Below, in pieces: positions 22,621 to 38,542 of a stretch of DNA of 64,000 nucleotides (position 1 is its first letter; each line of letters begins with the position of its first letter). The stretch is taken from NCBI GenBank assembly GCA_951406725.2, contig OX597821.1, positions 53,196,001 to 53,260,000 of the forward strand, given 5' to 3'. This DNA comes from Octopus vulgaris (taxonomy: Eukaryota). Under the pieces are notes generated by a model that saw only the letters and a program-made list of their open reading frames with translations, searched no databases and was not told the DNA's origin. A program made the translations under genes and the position numbers.

Positions 22621-23789
22621 TTGCCTGTTTAGTGTTAACAATTTGATTGGACAGCCTTTTTGAACTCCCTGTATTATGGCATTTTCCTACAGTGGCTGTA
22701 TAAGACTAACAGACCAAAATTAATATATATTTATTTATCATTTATTATGGATGTATTTATGTCCGGGCTTAATCTTTTTTTGTGTGTGTTTCAGAAAAAA
22801 AGCTGATAATAGTTTCAAGACACATTTAGAAATTATTTATGATTATTATTATTATTGTTGTTGTTGTTATCATCATCATCATCATCACCACCAGCATCAT
22901 CATATTTATTATTATTACTATTATTATTATTGTTGTTGTTGTTGTTGTTGTTTCTTGCAAATTGTTTGTGCAATTTCCGTTCACAAAGAAATTGTTCTCT
23001 TCATTTTCAGATAAATGGCGACCAGTGATGTTTTTATTTCATATCAAGGAGTTGAAAAGGCTAGCAGTTAGGGAAATAAAAACATTATTTCTTCGTTAAA
23101 ACTCAGAAAAAGGGGAAAGAGGGGGAAGGGGGTAGAGTAGTCGAGTGAGTGATAAAGAGAGAAAAGATGATAGAAAAAGAGAAACACAGAGAAGAGGAAT
23201 AAGTAGGAGACGTTGGGCAATATGTAATCCTAGAATGAGCCATTAAGTCTACATCTGCAGTAAAATAAAGCTTCGTTTTCTTCATTTTGCTCATTTAAAT
23301 TGTTATTGGTGTATATATATGTATGTGTACTAAGCTACTAAATACTTTTTCTTAAGCAATTGATTTCTAAATTCGACTATGTTATATAGTTTCAACATCA
23401 TTTGACGCCATCGTTAATCTATCTGATCAAAATCCCGAGAATAATAGAGGTAATGTTCGTAGGTATATATATATATATATATATGTATGTATGCATGTGT
23501 GTATGTATGTTTGTATGTATGTATGTTTGTATGTATGTATGTTTGTATGTATGTATGTATGTGCGTGCGTGGGTGGTTGGGTTATTGTATATATACAGCA
23601 AGACAGAGAGATAGACAGATAAATAGATAGATAGTTAATTATGAGTTTGAGCGCTTGTAAAAACTAATTACCAGATTAACTTACATTGTTAACACCACTT
23701 TCTAAAATATTGTGTGCAAAATATTAAGTGAAAGTATTATTTGGATCGGCAAACAAATAATCTATGTACGAGTGTTTGTATAAGTGTGC

Positions 23790-24085
23790 ATGTTGCGAGT
23801 GCTCCGATTCCTACTCCTCGAAGATGGCTGGATTTGTTTCTACTACCCTCACACATTCTCGACTCATTCATATCTGTCATGCTAATTTGTTATATCGCAT
23901 CCCATATCAGGTTTCTCACTACCTAACAGACCCAGTCCTTTCTTTACAGAAATTGAGAAATTTGGGATTGCATCCTGGACCATGTTCTTCCTAGAATCGT
24001 CTACATGCAAATGTTGATTTTGTGCCGTTAGTAGAATCATCTTCATTTATAAGTAGGGCCTACGAAAGACATGGGCTCTACCCTT
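23790..24085 (+). mobile_element. 3'-terminal remnant of a Jockey/CR1-superfamily (Zenon-like) LINE
   Basis: SYSSKMAGFVSTTLTHSRL and, in another frame, SFLYRN*EIWDCILDHVLP resemble the CSSEL..HSR..SFF.RT..LWN.LP..VFP C-terminus. Confidence 0.5.
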
Positions 24086-24351
24086 TCCTACACACCTAAG
24101 AAAGTAATTTAGTACACGAAAATAATGTGTAGAATCATTCGTGTTCTTTTCTCACAAATATGTTTCGTTGTTTGACACCACTACATTGCTCTTACATCCC
24201 TCTGGCCCGTTGATAGCTTCGTACTCCAACCAGCCTAATATACCTAACGTCTTGCTTCCAGTTAAGCACTGAATTATAGTAGAGATGCACGCGCACACAT
24301 ACACAGTATATACCTACATATATTAAATATATATATATACACGCATATTAT

Positions 24352-24882
24352 TTTATTCTTTTATTTGTCATTTGACTGCCGCCAAGCTGGAGCACCGTCG
24401 CAAGGGATTTTAGTCAAAGCAATCAACTCCAGGACTTATTCGTTGGAAGCCTAGTACTTATTCTATCGGTCTCATATGTTGCATCAACTTTACAGTCTGG
24501 GTCTCATAAATACATCTATACATAAAAGTCTGTGTCTCGCTACAGATCCTGAGTTTTGGCTGTCATGTTACTATATGCACGTCTAGTTAAGGGGCCTGAC
24601 AACACATGTTGAAAGCAGTCACATCTATAAGGGAGTAGCAGGATGTATCGAAACGTCTGTTGTATTAAATAAAAATTAATATTAAATAGACATCTATACT
24701 TAACAAATTATTATTGTTACGAAGGGATTCCTTTAATTTACGTCAACCAAATCCACTCACAAGGCTTTGGTTGGTCCGAGGCTATTAAAGGAGACACCTG
24801 GCAAAGGTAGTACACTGTGGGATGGAACCTAGAACCAAGTGGTTGGGAAGCAAGCTTCTTACCACACAACAACTCCTGCGCC
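24352..24882 (-). mobile_element. SINE family A split in two (tail 24352-24473, head 24725-24882) around an unrelated insert
   Basis: Both halves match the family A reverse complement. The middle is replaced by about 250 bp containing gaaacgtc and aataaa. Confidence 0.75.
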
Positions 24883-24938
24883 TATATATATATAAACTTA
24901 CTTGGAAATGGATGGCTCGCATTCAATTAAAATAAGAA

Positions 24939-24975
<37 letters not shown>

Positions 24976-25036
24976 CAGTTTTATTTTGTCTCTAATTTGT
25001 ATAATATATATATATATATATATATACACATGCATA

Positions 25037-25330
25037 TAGGGATACAGGACGCCACCGACTGTGTGAACAACATGAAATACGTAAACAACCCTCTTAATTA
25101 TTAAAGGAACGAGAAAAAATTGATAACAGGACAAGCAAACAGGGAAAGGACCCTTCATCATTTGCTATGCTGTTTATCTACTCCTCATTTCGAGCGCTCG
25201 AAATGAAGAGTAGATACACAGCCGACAATTGGGTTTACTTTGTCTTGTTCAATTTTTTTCTCGTTGCTTTCGTAATTAAGTCGTTTGTTTAGGTATTTCA
25301 TTTTGATTGTACCGTTGGTTACCTGTACCC
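25037..25330. repeat. ~295-bp imperfect palindrome with no central loop (centre 25195/25196)
   Basis: gctgtttatctactcctcatttcgagc|gctcgaaatgaagagtagatacacagc (27-bp arms, 2 mismatches). Outer arms aacgagaaaaaattga/tcaatttttttctcgtt and atgaaatac/gtatttcat. Confidence 0.9.
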
Positions 25331-25361
25331 ATTTATGCATGTATATATATATATATGCATG

Positions 25362-25395
<34 letters not shown>

Positions 25396-25540
25396 CACAT
25401 ACATACATATATGTATATAAATATACATATGCATTTATATATATACATACATTTAAATATGCATATACATTTATATATAAATATACACATACATATATAT
25501 AGATATATGCGCATAAATATATACATATATATATATACAC

Positions 25541-25596
<56 letters not shown>

Positions 25597-25817
25597 GTAG
25601 CTATGTGAGTGTGTGCGCGCACATATGTATGCGAGTGCGTGCCTTATTGCTTGGCAGTTGTGAGAGATGTATTTAAGTGTTTAGAGTTCTGTGATTTGGT
25701 ACTTGTGAAACTTATAAACTGGAGGTGGATGGAAGTTTAGGACCTTGAATCACTTTCTAACTTCTGCCGATTACTATGAATAATAATGAAAATCGCTTCT
25801 GTTGCTGATTCGGCCAA

Positions 25818-25853
<36 letters not shown>

Positions 25854-27237
25854 CCTGTGTGTGTGTGTATGTGTTTGCGCGCGCAAGTGTGTGTGCTTAC
25901 GTTTTGAGTTCTAATTTCCTGTCTGTATCACTCAAAGAAGGAACAGAGGTGTGTGACAGTTACTTGATTATTTTATCAGATCACGCGATACTGTTCACAC
26001 ATACTTATTGTATTCTATATGCCAGCTGTAACTGTTATTGATTTATTTGCGTAAACGTCCAGTTTGTGAGAAAAAGATATACATGCATAATATGTTTGGA
26101 TAGGTATGCAAAGCGTTTCTCTTCCAGTTCATTGTTGAGATACACTAGACCAACAATTCTAGAATCTCTTAGTTTGTTATTGAAGGAATAAGCCTCGAGT
26201 ACTTTCCTATGGACTTGTAGGATATTGTGGCGTTATTTAGCAGCTTCGATTGGTAATATCACAACGCTTACTGGTCAGTGTGCATATTACCGTATATGTA
26301 AGTAATATGCATATATTTCTAAGTAAGTCTCCATGTACATGGTAGTGTGCCTATGTCTTGTAAAAAATTATTATAAAATAGATAGCAGGAATCTGCCTAT
26401 GGAGAAATATGAAATTGGTTGCACGTTATCGGAAAGAATTGGATAACAATCAATTACATAGGATAATATGTCATACGAGATATTAAATGATAAAGTGTGA
26501 ACGATGTTGAACGAAATTTGCCTAAGGGAAGATCTTCGTAACCAATTAAAGTCTCCCCGGAAATTTCATATCTCGAGTCAATACGATTTTAAGCCGATTT
26601 AGATTAGATGTTGAGTTTCTGTTGCTGGAATCAGAACAAATGAGCTATTACAGATGAGGTAATAAGAGTGGATGGGCACTGCTTGAATCAATTTGGTTAC
26701 TACAGCAACTTTGTTCTTCAATGAAAAGTCCGCTCCTTTTTCTTTCATCAAATGCAATGATATTCATAATGAACGTATCGTTTTAAGAATGGAAATTCGT
26801 TATTCTAATTCAAGATTATCTTAATAATTACAGGAACCCACACGCGTTTTTTTTCCGGTAAGTATTGAAGAAAATGTTAATGATATAAGTTTAAAAGTAA
26901 CTTCAAGAAATGTGTTTTTTTCCTTTTGTTGTGTAATTATGTGGAAGATTCGATATAGAATCATGCGTAATGGCCCATCACAGCAGACAATACACCTATT
27001 TTACTTTTCTGTATGTAATATTACTTAAACCGAAATAACTCATCACGATATGGTTGCAATTTCTTTTCATTTGGAGATGCATTAACAATGACTTGAATAT
27101 CAATGTCTTCGTATAAAGGAAACTATAGAATTAATAGTCTAATAGGTATGTGAGTGTGGTAAGAAGTTTGCTTTCCAAACTAAAAGTTCCGAGTTCAGTC
27201 CCGGAGGTCTTGGCAGACGGAAACGGGAGGAAGCGGG

Positions 27238-28070
<833 letters not shown>

Positions 28071-28149
28071 TAGTCAACAAAATCAAAAAAACAAAAAACA
28101 ATGTATATGCACGAAATTAAAAATATAAAATGTATATACAATTGCATGT

Positions 28150-29050
28150 ATGTGTCTTTTTGCCTGTGTTTATCCGCCACCATTATGTGAAACCGGTGTT
28201 GTTGCGGTTACGTCATTTAACGGTTTGGCGCAATAGAATATTTACCAAATTTAAAAGAAGTAATCACTTTCGAATAAGATTCTTCAAGGCGATGCCTCAG
28301 CATCGCTGCAAACAAATTACTGAAACAAGGAAAACATAAAGGACAGCACCTTATTTTTGACATCCGGAATCAGTTATATTAAAGTTTTTAAAACATCTGG
28401 TCCTCAATTACGGTTTTATTATCAGTTCATTGATAACATAATGTCATCCTAGATCTGAAAATATATATTCAATTATCTTTTACTTGTTTCATTCATTGGA
28501 ATGCGACTTTGCGTAGTCACCGTATTGCAGGGTTGAATCGAAGAAATCGACTAAATTATATTTTAAAACCTAGTATTTATTCTATCGCGTTCTTATGTCG
28601 AACAACTACGTTACAAGGACCTAGATAAATCAACGCCAGTTGTCAAGCGATGATGGGGACAAATACAAACACAAGGATACGCGCACACAGATAAATACAT
28701 ACATACGTACGTGTGTGCATTCATACGTACGTATGTATGTATGCATGTACGTATATATGTATGCATGCATGTATGCATGTACGTATATATGTATGCATGC
28801 ATGTATGCATGTACGTATATATGTATGCATGTATGTATATATGTATGTACGTATGTACGTATGTACGTATGTATGTAAGTATGTATGTGCGTACGTATAA
28901 AACGGGAGTCCTTCAGCTTTCAGTTTCGTACCAAATTCACCCAGAAGGCTTGGGTTTACCAGGAACTATAGTCGGTGACAATCACCCACTGTAAGATACA
29001 GTGTGACGGAAACAGGAGCCAGGTTAATGGAAGCGAAATTCAAACCACAC
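28150..29050. mobile_element. Degenerate SINE family A pieces (28150-28345 plus; 28485-29050 minus with an expanded internal microsatellite)
   Basis: Diverged matches to the family A tail and head. Further head fragments at 27148-27240 (minus) and 29715-29880 (plus). Confidence 0.6.
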
Positions 29051-29981
29051 AATGCTGGATTTATGACAAGGTATAGGTATATATTGATTGAATAGTTCTA
29101 AGAAATATAACTGAATGCGAAAACATGCAAGAAAATAAAACGGATTTTCATTATTTTGTGAGATCAGTAATAGGCTTGGCTCTGATCCCACTCCTATGAC
29201 AGTCACGTTGAAAAACCAAACTTTCAAATGTTATATTTCCTCTATAGGCATTATGATCGACAAAACTTTTCTTGAGACTTAGCAGAACATTGCCACTAAT
29301 GTAATCCGTTTAAATACAAGCTAAATTCATAAATATAGAATCACATGATTCCTGTTTACGTTCTTGACAAAATATCTTAATGATATTATGTGTTACAGCG
29401 TACATTTATAGATTTTAGTGGACACTGGAAAGTAGACAAATGCATTCACCTACATTTTATATCCGATATCTTCAGTGCTTGCGAACTTGTGCATGTAGTA
29501 ATTGATTAGCTTTGAGATGTATGACGGAACGATTTGTAACTTTGCAGAATACCATAAAGTTAGGGGAAAAATACGCAAGTTAAAATGATACGATATTTTC
29601 CTTTTAAATTTAGTTGTGAAACACATGATTGACTTAATTTGGAAATATACAGTCTCATAAATGTATTTCTTGATGTAAGTAATAGATTGTTCCTTAGCAG
29701 ATATAATTTTTATATAGGAGTGGATGCCTAGTAAGAAGCTTGCTTCCCAATGACGTGGTCCCGGGTTCAGTCCCACTACGTGGTAGAATTGAGCCAGTGT
29801 CTTCAACAATAGACTCGGGCTGACCAAAGCCTTGTGAATGGATGTGGTAGCCGGAAACTGAAAGAAACCTGTTTGATATATATATATATATATGTATTTG
29901 TGTATTTGTGTTCCCGAGCGTTATACTGCTACATCTGTTTGTTGTCTACACCACTTGTCTTCGTCTTTTTTTGTAAATTCT

Positions 29982-30029
<48 letters not shown>

Positions 30030-31185
30030 TAGCTCTGAATTTAGGATGTAGAGAAATCTTCATAATCGCAGTATTAGTTTCGAACACTGAACATCCAGTA
30101 AGATAAAAAAATTATTCCAATTCAAAGCACAATAGCATGTTGTATGAATTTTAGATTCATTGGTTATTAACGTAAATAATATATTATTTTATTAGATATA
30201 TAATATATCTAATGCAAACGCATTAACGTTTATACATATGTATATCCGAAAGGCTTAAATAATTAAAAATTGGATTTTAATAGAATATTAATATAATTTT
30301 ACCTCCAAATATATCGATTAACATTTTATGTAGATCATTAAGTATTTTTGCTGGATACATTTATATGTTGATAAGCTTCAGGATTCAAACGAATTTTGAT
30401 AATATTCCGTTTTATCTTCCTTGTTACTGTTTCGATGTTTTACATGTTGTATTTAGAATTGAACTTTATACCGATATTAGCTAAAAGCTTATGTTTTATT
30501 TTATTGAATACAAATGTATGTAAGAATGATAGATGCAAATATGTTTATTTATTTCTTTTCAACCATTTCACATTATTTATTTTTAATAATGATATTACAA
30601 TAACTGGATTATATGAAACTTTTAACTTATTCACTCTGTTCTGGTTTCTCTAATTACTTCCTTAGATATACAACACATCTTATGCCTATACATATACACA
30701 CATACATACATGCATACATACAGGCATACATACAAACATACATATACATTTTGAATGGGTTGGGATAATAGATCCAAGCAGGTACCATTCAAGCACTTTA
30801 GTATGATATGGAGTAACTTGGGATTATTTAAGATAAACAATCGGGAATTATTTCCCCTTATTGTTAAATCCAAGGGAAAAGAGAAATCAGGAAATAATAT
30901 TCTGCTTGTCTTTCTGTCTCACTCTATTCAAGAAAATGAAATACGATATCAGCTCTTCCTAAAAATATCTACATACTTTTTCTAATAGAGACATACACGC
31001 ATATTCATTATAGCTTAAAATATCACGCGGGTTCGTTTTTATTATTATTCCTGTTCTCCTGAGCTATTATTGTGTGCTAACGTTATTATCGCTTCAGGTG
31101 AGTTGTTTCTAAATAATTCCAAATCCTTTAACTCTCTCTCTCTCTTTGTTTCTATCGTTCCTTCTTTACAGGAGCACATATGCAT

Positions 31186-31307
<122 letters not shown>

Positions 31308-31701
31308 AGGAGTGGCTGTGTGGTAAGTAACTTGCTAACCAACCACATGGTACCGGGTTCAGTCACACTGCGTGGCATCTTGGGCAAGTGTCTTCTGCTA
31401 TAGCCCCGGGTCGACCAATGCCTTGTGAGTGGATTTGGTAGACGGAAACTGAAAGAAGCCTGTCGTATATATGTATATATATGTATATGTGTGTATGTGT
31501 GTGTGTTTGTCCCCCTAGCATTGCTTGACAACCGATGCTGGTGTGTTTACGTCCCCGTCACTTAGCGGTTCGGCAAAAGAGACCGATAGAATAAGTACTG
31601 GGCTTACAATAAACAAGTCCCGGGGTCGATTTGCTCGACTAAAGGCGGTGCTCCAGCATGACCGCAGTCAAATGACTGAAACAAGTAAAAGAGAGTAAAA
31701 G
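31308..31701 (+). mobile_element. SINE family A
   Basis: Near-identical to 8634-9040. Begins right after a long (TA)n run. Confidence 0.9.
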
Positions 31702-32430
31702 GTATAAATCTCTTTGTCCACGAGCAATCTGGAACTGTTTGAAGCTGATGAAAAGAATTTTCTTGCTCGTTTCATTACTTTGGACGAAAGTTGGGTTCAT
31801 CACAACCTTGAGCCAAAGATCAATCAAAGCAGTGGAAGCACACATCTTCTCCTACATCAAAAGAAGACCAGGTCATTCCTTCAGCAGGCACGGTCATGGC
31901 GTCAGTTTTTTGGGGATTCTCAAGGTGTCTTGCTGATCGATTACCTTGAAATGGGTCACACCGTGACAGCGCTGTATTATTCTCAGCTACTGAAATGCCT
32001 CCGAGAAGCAATCAAAGAACAAAAAAAAAAGGAATGCTCACCAGAGGAATCCTTTTTCATCACGACAATGCTCCAGCCCACACCTCAGTGGTTGCCATGG
32101 CAACAATTCGTGGTTGTGGATATGAACTTGCTCCCCCATCCACCTTATTCGCCAGACTTAGCCCCCTCCGACTTACATCTATTCCCAAAAATGAAAAAAA
32201 GCCCTGGCTGGCCGCCATTTTGCCACTGACAATGACGTCATAGACGCTGTAGGAAGTTTCCTGTAGTCTCAAACAAAAGAGTTTCTCTACGCCGGGATAA
32301 TAGCGCTTCAGCACCGATGGAGAAAGTGTTCAGCCATCGAGGGGCGGATTATATTAAAAAATAAATCATCAGAAGTCTTGTACTATGTTTTGTTACTTTG
32401 AGGCTCAAGACTTTTCATACACTCCTCGTA
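31702..32430 (+). mobile_element. Mariner (DD34D) transposase pseudogene, 3' half with right terminus
   Basis: FITLDESWVHH, GVLLIDYL, LFHHDNAPAH, HPPYSPDLAPSDLHLFP and LQHRWRKC across frameshifts. Ends cttttcatacactcctcgTA. Confidence 0.92.
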
Positions 32431-32732
32431 AATACGATCTTGCACCCTTACGTGCCACGTAATGTATAGATATATATTACGTATATGTGAATATGTTAAT
32501 GATATATGAAATATTATGTGTTAAGGAATTGAATACTAACTTAGAGTCAAATGTAAATGTTTTTTATATCAGGGAAAAGTTACTTATAAGTTTTGCTCTA
32601 TATCCAGCTCCTTCAAATTGCAGCTTAAAAGGTTAAAATCATAGGATGTGGGTGGAGAAATTAACTTATGATATATAACCGATGATGTTATAAGACCGGT
32701 GGGGCGATAGAAAAAAGATATATTAGTGTGTG

Positions 32733-32773
<41 letters not shown>

Positions 32774-32826
32774 AGAGAGTGAGTCTATGCATGCTTGTGC
32801 GTGCGTGAGAGTGTGTGCATGAGAGA

Positions 32827-32866
<40 letters not shown>

Positions 32867-32938
32867 GATAGAAAAAAGGAGAAAGGAGCTCATGTTCCAT
32901 TGGGAAAACAAATGTCAGCGGGTATGCGGCGAAATTCT

Positions 32939-32972
<34 letters not shown>

Positions 32973-33134
32973 CACACAGACATAATATATATATATATAT
33001 ATGTATACATTTATATATATACATATACATACATATATTTATCCATACAAATATGTATATACATATATATATATACATACATATATTTATACATACAAAT
33101 ATATATATACATATATATATATATACATATATAC

Positions 33135-33167
<33 letters not shown>

Positions 33168-34334
33168 CACATGTATATAAATATATCTACAAATAGGCAT
33201 ACATGCGCGCACGCACACACACACACACATATATAGGTAGCATACTACTTCCGATATTAATAGCATCAATGACTCAATGATAGGAAAGCTAGGCAGCCGG
33301 AACAAAATGTTATAGAAAAGTTCGTTGAACTAAATGATAAAATGGAAACTTTCAATTTCCTCCAACTAACCGTATGAATAAATGTCAGTCTAATGTCTGA
33401 CAGCAATTTGAACTCCTGACCTTCTGTTCATTTTTCTGAATAGGATGGCTTTAAAAGTACGTCGTCTGACTTGTACATTAACTTATTATTGCTCAAGTGG
33501 TCATTATGGACGTAAAATAGTCATAAAGCGGTTTTCTTGCTTATTATACATTAATATATTTGTTCCTTCAATTATAACACTCTCCATCATCAGCGTAATA
33601 TACTTAATGATAGCAATTAGAGACACATATAAGAACATATTCACGCGCACATACACAGACATACATTTATTGCGTATCGAATAACGACTTGGATTGATAG
33701 ACTGCATAATATTCTGTTCCTTTATTACATTTTAGTGTAGTTTTTTTTTAAAATTTGGCATTACTGTAGTTTTCATTTTTCCTCATTATTCGTGTGTGGA
33801 GGTGCTTGGGTGTGTGTAGAGGGAAACTTCTTATAATCAACCAGTTATTTGAGGGACGTGGTCATTTTTAAATCTCTACTATAACATTCTTTAATACTAG
33901 CGAGTTGGTAGAATCGTTAGCACGCCGGTGAAAATGCTTCACAGTCTTTCTTCCGGCTTCACTGGTGCACATCATTTGCTACACATCATTTGTTATATAT
34001 ATATGTTTCTCTCTTAGACTTCCTAGCTGTGGAATATATTTGGCTACACAGGTTGCTTGTGTCATTACTTGAATAGGATGAAATCATTTAGCTAAACAAA
34101 TTTAGACATGCACTTAAAATTTTTTTCTTGAAAAGTATTTATTGCAAGGAAGAGTTAATAAAATATAATTCTTTTGTTGATGTAATAAATGGTAATAACG
34201 ATGCCAGAGATTAGCAATTATTCTGCATAAGCGCATTAAAAAAACTTAACGAATAATAAATTAAATTTACATACACACACATCCATCTATATATGTATCA
34301 ACATATCTATATGTATATCTAACTATATACCTCC

Positions 34335-34391
<57 letters not shown>

Positions 34392-34393
34392 AT

Positions 34394-34468
<75 letters not shown>

Positions 34469-34815
34469 TTAATTGTTGGAACGAGAAAAATAATAGACTA
34501 TAAATGAAACGTAATAATATATAAAAAGATGGAGTTATTTGAAATAAGGTAAGAAAATATCTTACCCAAATATTATCGATATAATCTCACGAGAAACCGT
34601 TATTTATAAAAACTACTTAAGAATATATTATTACTTATGTGACATCAATTATGGGCCATAGATTTAATTACATAGAGAAGACTAATTTCAAAAAGTGTAA
34701 ATAAAAAGAATCCTTGTACTAATTGAGGACTTTTGTATAAACCATAAAACAATTCTTTTATTGATGTTCACATTAATTAGTACACCCGCACATACACGCA
34801 CACACACACATACTA

Positions 34816-37500
34816 CTTTCTTTTATTCATTTACTGGTTTTAGCCAGAGGCTGAGGCCATTCTAGAACACCGCTTTCAGTGTTTTGAAGTCTCCCTTCGG
34901 TAGTGTTTTTGGTGAAGATGCGAGTTGGACAAAAGTGCCTACTACCGCGATGTGGGCTCATCTGGGATTTTCAGAGAGAAAATTGTCCTAGTGCTTTTTG
35001 AATGTTTTCACATCTACACCTTGCAGATCTCGTAGTTTCCTTGGTAGGATTTTAAATAATTGTGGTCCCCTGAAAACCAGGCTGTTGCAATACTTGTTCC
35101 TTATGTGAGATGAAGACGACGATATCTTTGATATTATGCAGCGCTGTATATTTCGGTGGTTGGTATTGCTTTTAATTCCAAAGCTGGGAGCTTAGCGTTT
35201 CAGGAACCTCCATATGTATATCAATGCATACCTTTCTCGCCTTCTATCCTGGGATTAGAGCTTCAATTCTTGTAGCTTCTCCCAGTAGCTCATCTATTTC
35301 ACCGAGTCAATCTTGTTTATGTAGTGGCGCTGGACTGTCTCAAGTTCCGCCAACAGCTTGACCCTCTGCGGTGACCACAGTTGGGAGCAGTGATCCAGAC
35401 GACTAAAGATAACTATCCTCCATAGGACTAGCAAGTAGGTCTGAATAATTCAAGGATCTATCCAGACACTTCTGGCAATATTCACATGGAGTGCTGCATC
35501 AATACTCATGTGTATTTCCAGGTCACACACCGATTCTAACTCTGGAATAGCACTGCCCGCAGGTCCTTCGTATTCCAATTGTATTCTGGTTGTCGGCCGA
35601 TAGCGGTGTGCGTGAAACTTATCCGCATTGAACTGCTTGTTATTTTCATCAGCCCATTTATACATAGCATGCAGGTAAATTTGGAGTTTTACTATGTCAT
35701 CATAGTTCTTCACCGCCTGAAACACCTTTGAACCATCAATGTAGCTTGTGAGAGTGGCTGACTGTACGACTGATGGCATATCTGAGAGAGCCACTAAAAC
35801 AGTAGTGGTCCCAGTACGGCTAGCTCAGGAACTCGGCTGTGGATTGATGTCACCCCAGAGAGAGCAACATTGGTTGCAACTGATCTTTTAAAAGTCGTAT
35901 AACCTCCAGTTTTCCAGTTGTAACAAGGTTGCGTAGTTTGTGACATATCATCCCATGATCAACTTTGTCAAAGGTCTTCGTAAAGTCGAGAGATATCACA
36001 ACCACGTTTGGGTGGTTGAGCTGGTGTTGCAGTACCCAATCATATTGTTGTAGCTATGTGGTGCAGCTCCTCCCTCGACGAAAATCATGCTGTGTGCTAG
36101 TAAGCAAGTTATTCTCTTCTAAGAATGTGATCAGTCTATTTCTAACAATGCGTTCCATGACCTTACCAAAATGTGAATTCAGAGTGATAGGCCTGTAATT
36201 TTAGTATCTGCTCTATTTCCTCCTTAATGGGTAGGGCATATGATATCCCTCTTTTAACAGTTTGGTAAATTTTCCAAATGCAAGGAGACTCTGAAAAAGT
36301 ATCTGCAATGGTTTTGCGAGAGCTTTCTTGCATGTTTTTAGGAGAAGAGATGGAAACTTATCCGGGCCTGTTGCTGAGTTTGCGCTCATATCATCAATGG
36401 CTGATATTACATCTTTCTCTTTTATGTCGATATATCAATGGTTGTCTTTTTCCCATGTAAGTCTGCAGTAGTGAGGAACTCTTTAGGCTCACTCACTTGC
36501 CAATGGAAAGACAATCTGGAATTCCTTATTTAGTATTTCACTCATCCTCTCGAGGTCCGCAGTTAGCGAGCCGTCTTCAAACAGCCATCTTCCAACTTAT
36601 AGTGCACTGAAGCAGCATCTTTCGCGAACTTGTAGAAGATTTTTGCTTATTCTTATATTCTCCACCACCCTGGCTTTTCTTTCCAACAATTCCGTTTCAT
36701 GGGACGGTTTGAGTTATTTTCGATCTCTAAAAGTCTCTCTTCTAGGAGTGATTACTCGCAGTCAATACGTTTACTTATGCCATTGCAGATCATTATACTC
36801 TTTCTCATAAGGAGTCTCATGTCCTGTGAAATGATGTTTTTGTATGTGGCTTCTCTCTTCTTTGAGATAAACTTAATACATACGGCTTGCATAATTGACA
36901 TGCATTCTTTAAGTTTCATATTAATGCCTTGCATAGAGAAACTGTTGGGCCAAGTTTGCTGGATAATTCGTTTTTCCATAGTCGGCCTTGTGAAAATTCA
37001 GACTAGACAAAATTTGGGTGCAGTCTGTGTGGAATACATCAGTAATTGGTTTTGGACTATACATCGTCAGTTTTACCATGCTGTGGCCTGAGAAGATTGT
37101 CAGTATTATCTTTACGTTGTGGAGTAGATCTACATCGTTACTGAAACAGAGATTTAATAGGTTAACATCCATGGCTTGAGATCCTATTGTTTTCTCCATG
37201 AACTGCATTTCTTGATGTCACGTAGACATTCTGCCTGGCTACGCTCTTTGAATATCATTCCTCAGATTATGTGCTCTTCGGACCATTTGATCTTCGGATC
37301 TTGGGGAGGTAGAAGTCACCCATCAGAAGTATATTAACACTTTGATCCAGTTTTGTCAGTGCATTATTTTATAATTATAAGACTTTCTTCAAATATACCC
37401 TCATGATTTGAGGCATGAGATTGGCAATACAGTGTACATATTACTACATCAAGTCGCATTAAATGCCCTATAAGTGTTGAAACAGAGTTGTGTGAAATTT
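34816..37500 (-). mobile_element. Decayed CR1-type LINE ORF2 (APE remnant + RT + 3' tail)
   Basis: Minus strand: LLMGDF (APE), NYRPITL..GKVMERIV, QHDFRRGRSC, FDKVDH, SYIDGSK (YADD site), LQ..L..MYKWA..NN..FN..KF, SRLDHCSQLWSP, YWEKLQELKL..RRRERY. Many stops and frameshifts. Confidence 0.9.
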
Positions 37501-37734
37501 TCCCGGATGTTCAATGTAATTCCACAGTGACTTCTTCCCCTTCTCCCTGCACGGAACACAGCATACATAGATATGTGTATATCTGCGTCATTCATATCTG
37601 CTTTAGATATATTTCTCTGTTGGTGCAATTCATATCGATCCAGTGCATGCAGAATGATCTTTCATGTGTGCAATTTATTGATTACTGTTGCTTTGTAGGA
37701 GGCCTCTAATATTTATTAAAAGAGTTGGGGTGAT

Positions 37735-37801
<67 letters not shown>

Positions 37802-37876
37802 TTTTTGAAGTGATGTACAGATAATTTATATTTAGAATAATAATATAGTCAGAATATTGGATGATTATATACATTA

Positions 37877-38486
<610 letters not shown>

Positions 38487-38542
38487 CTCCAACATTCTGA
38501 CTACCTTATTATTCTATATACACACACACACACGCAAATACT

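Noticed and set aside
26150-26760. Possible decayed RT-like coding remnant on the minus strand
   Set aside because: No motif could be read with enough confidence to assign it.
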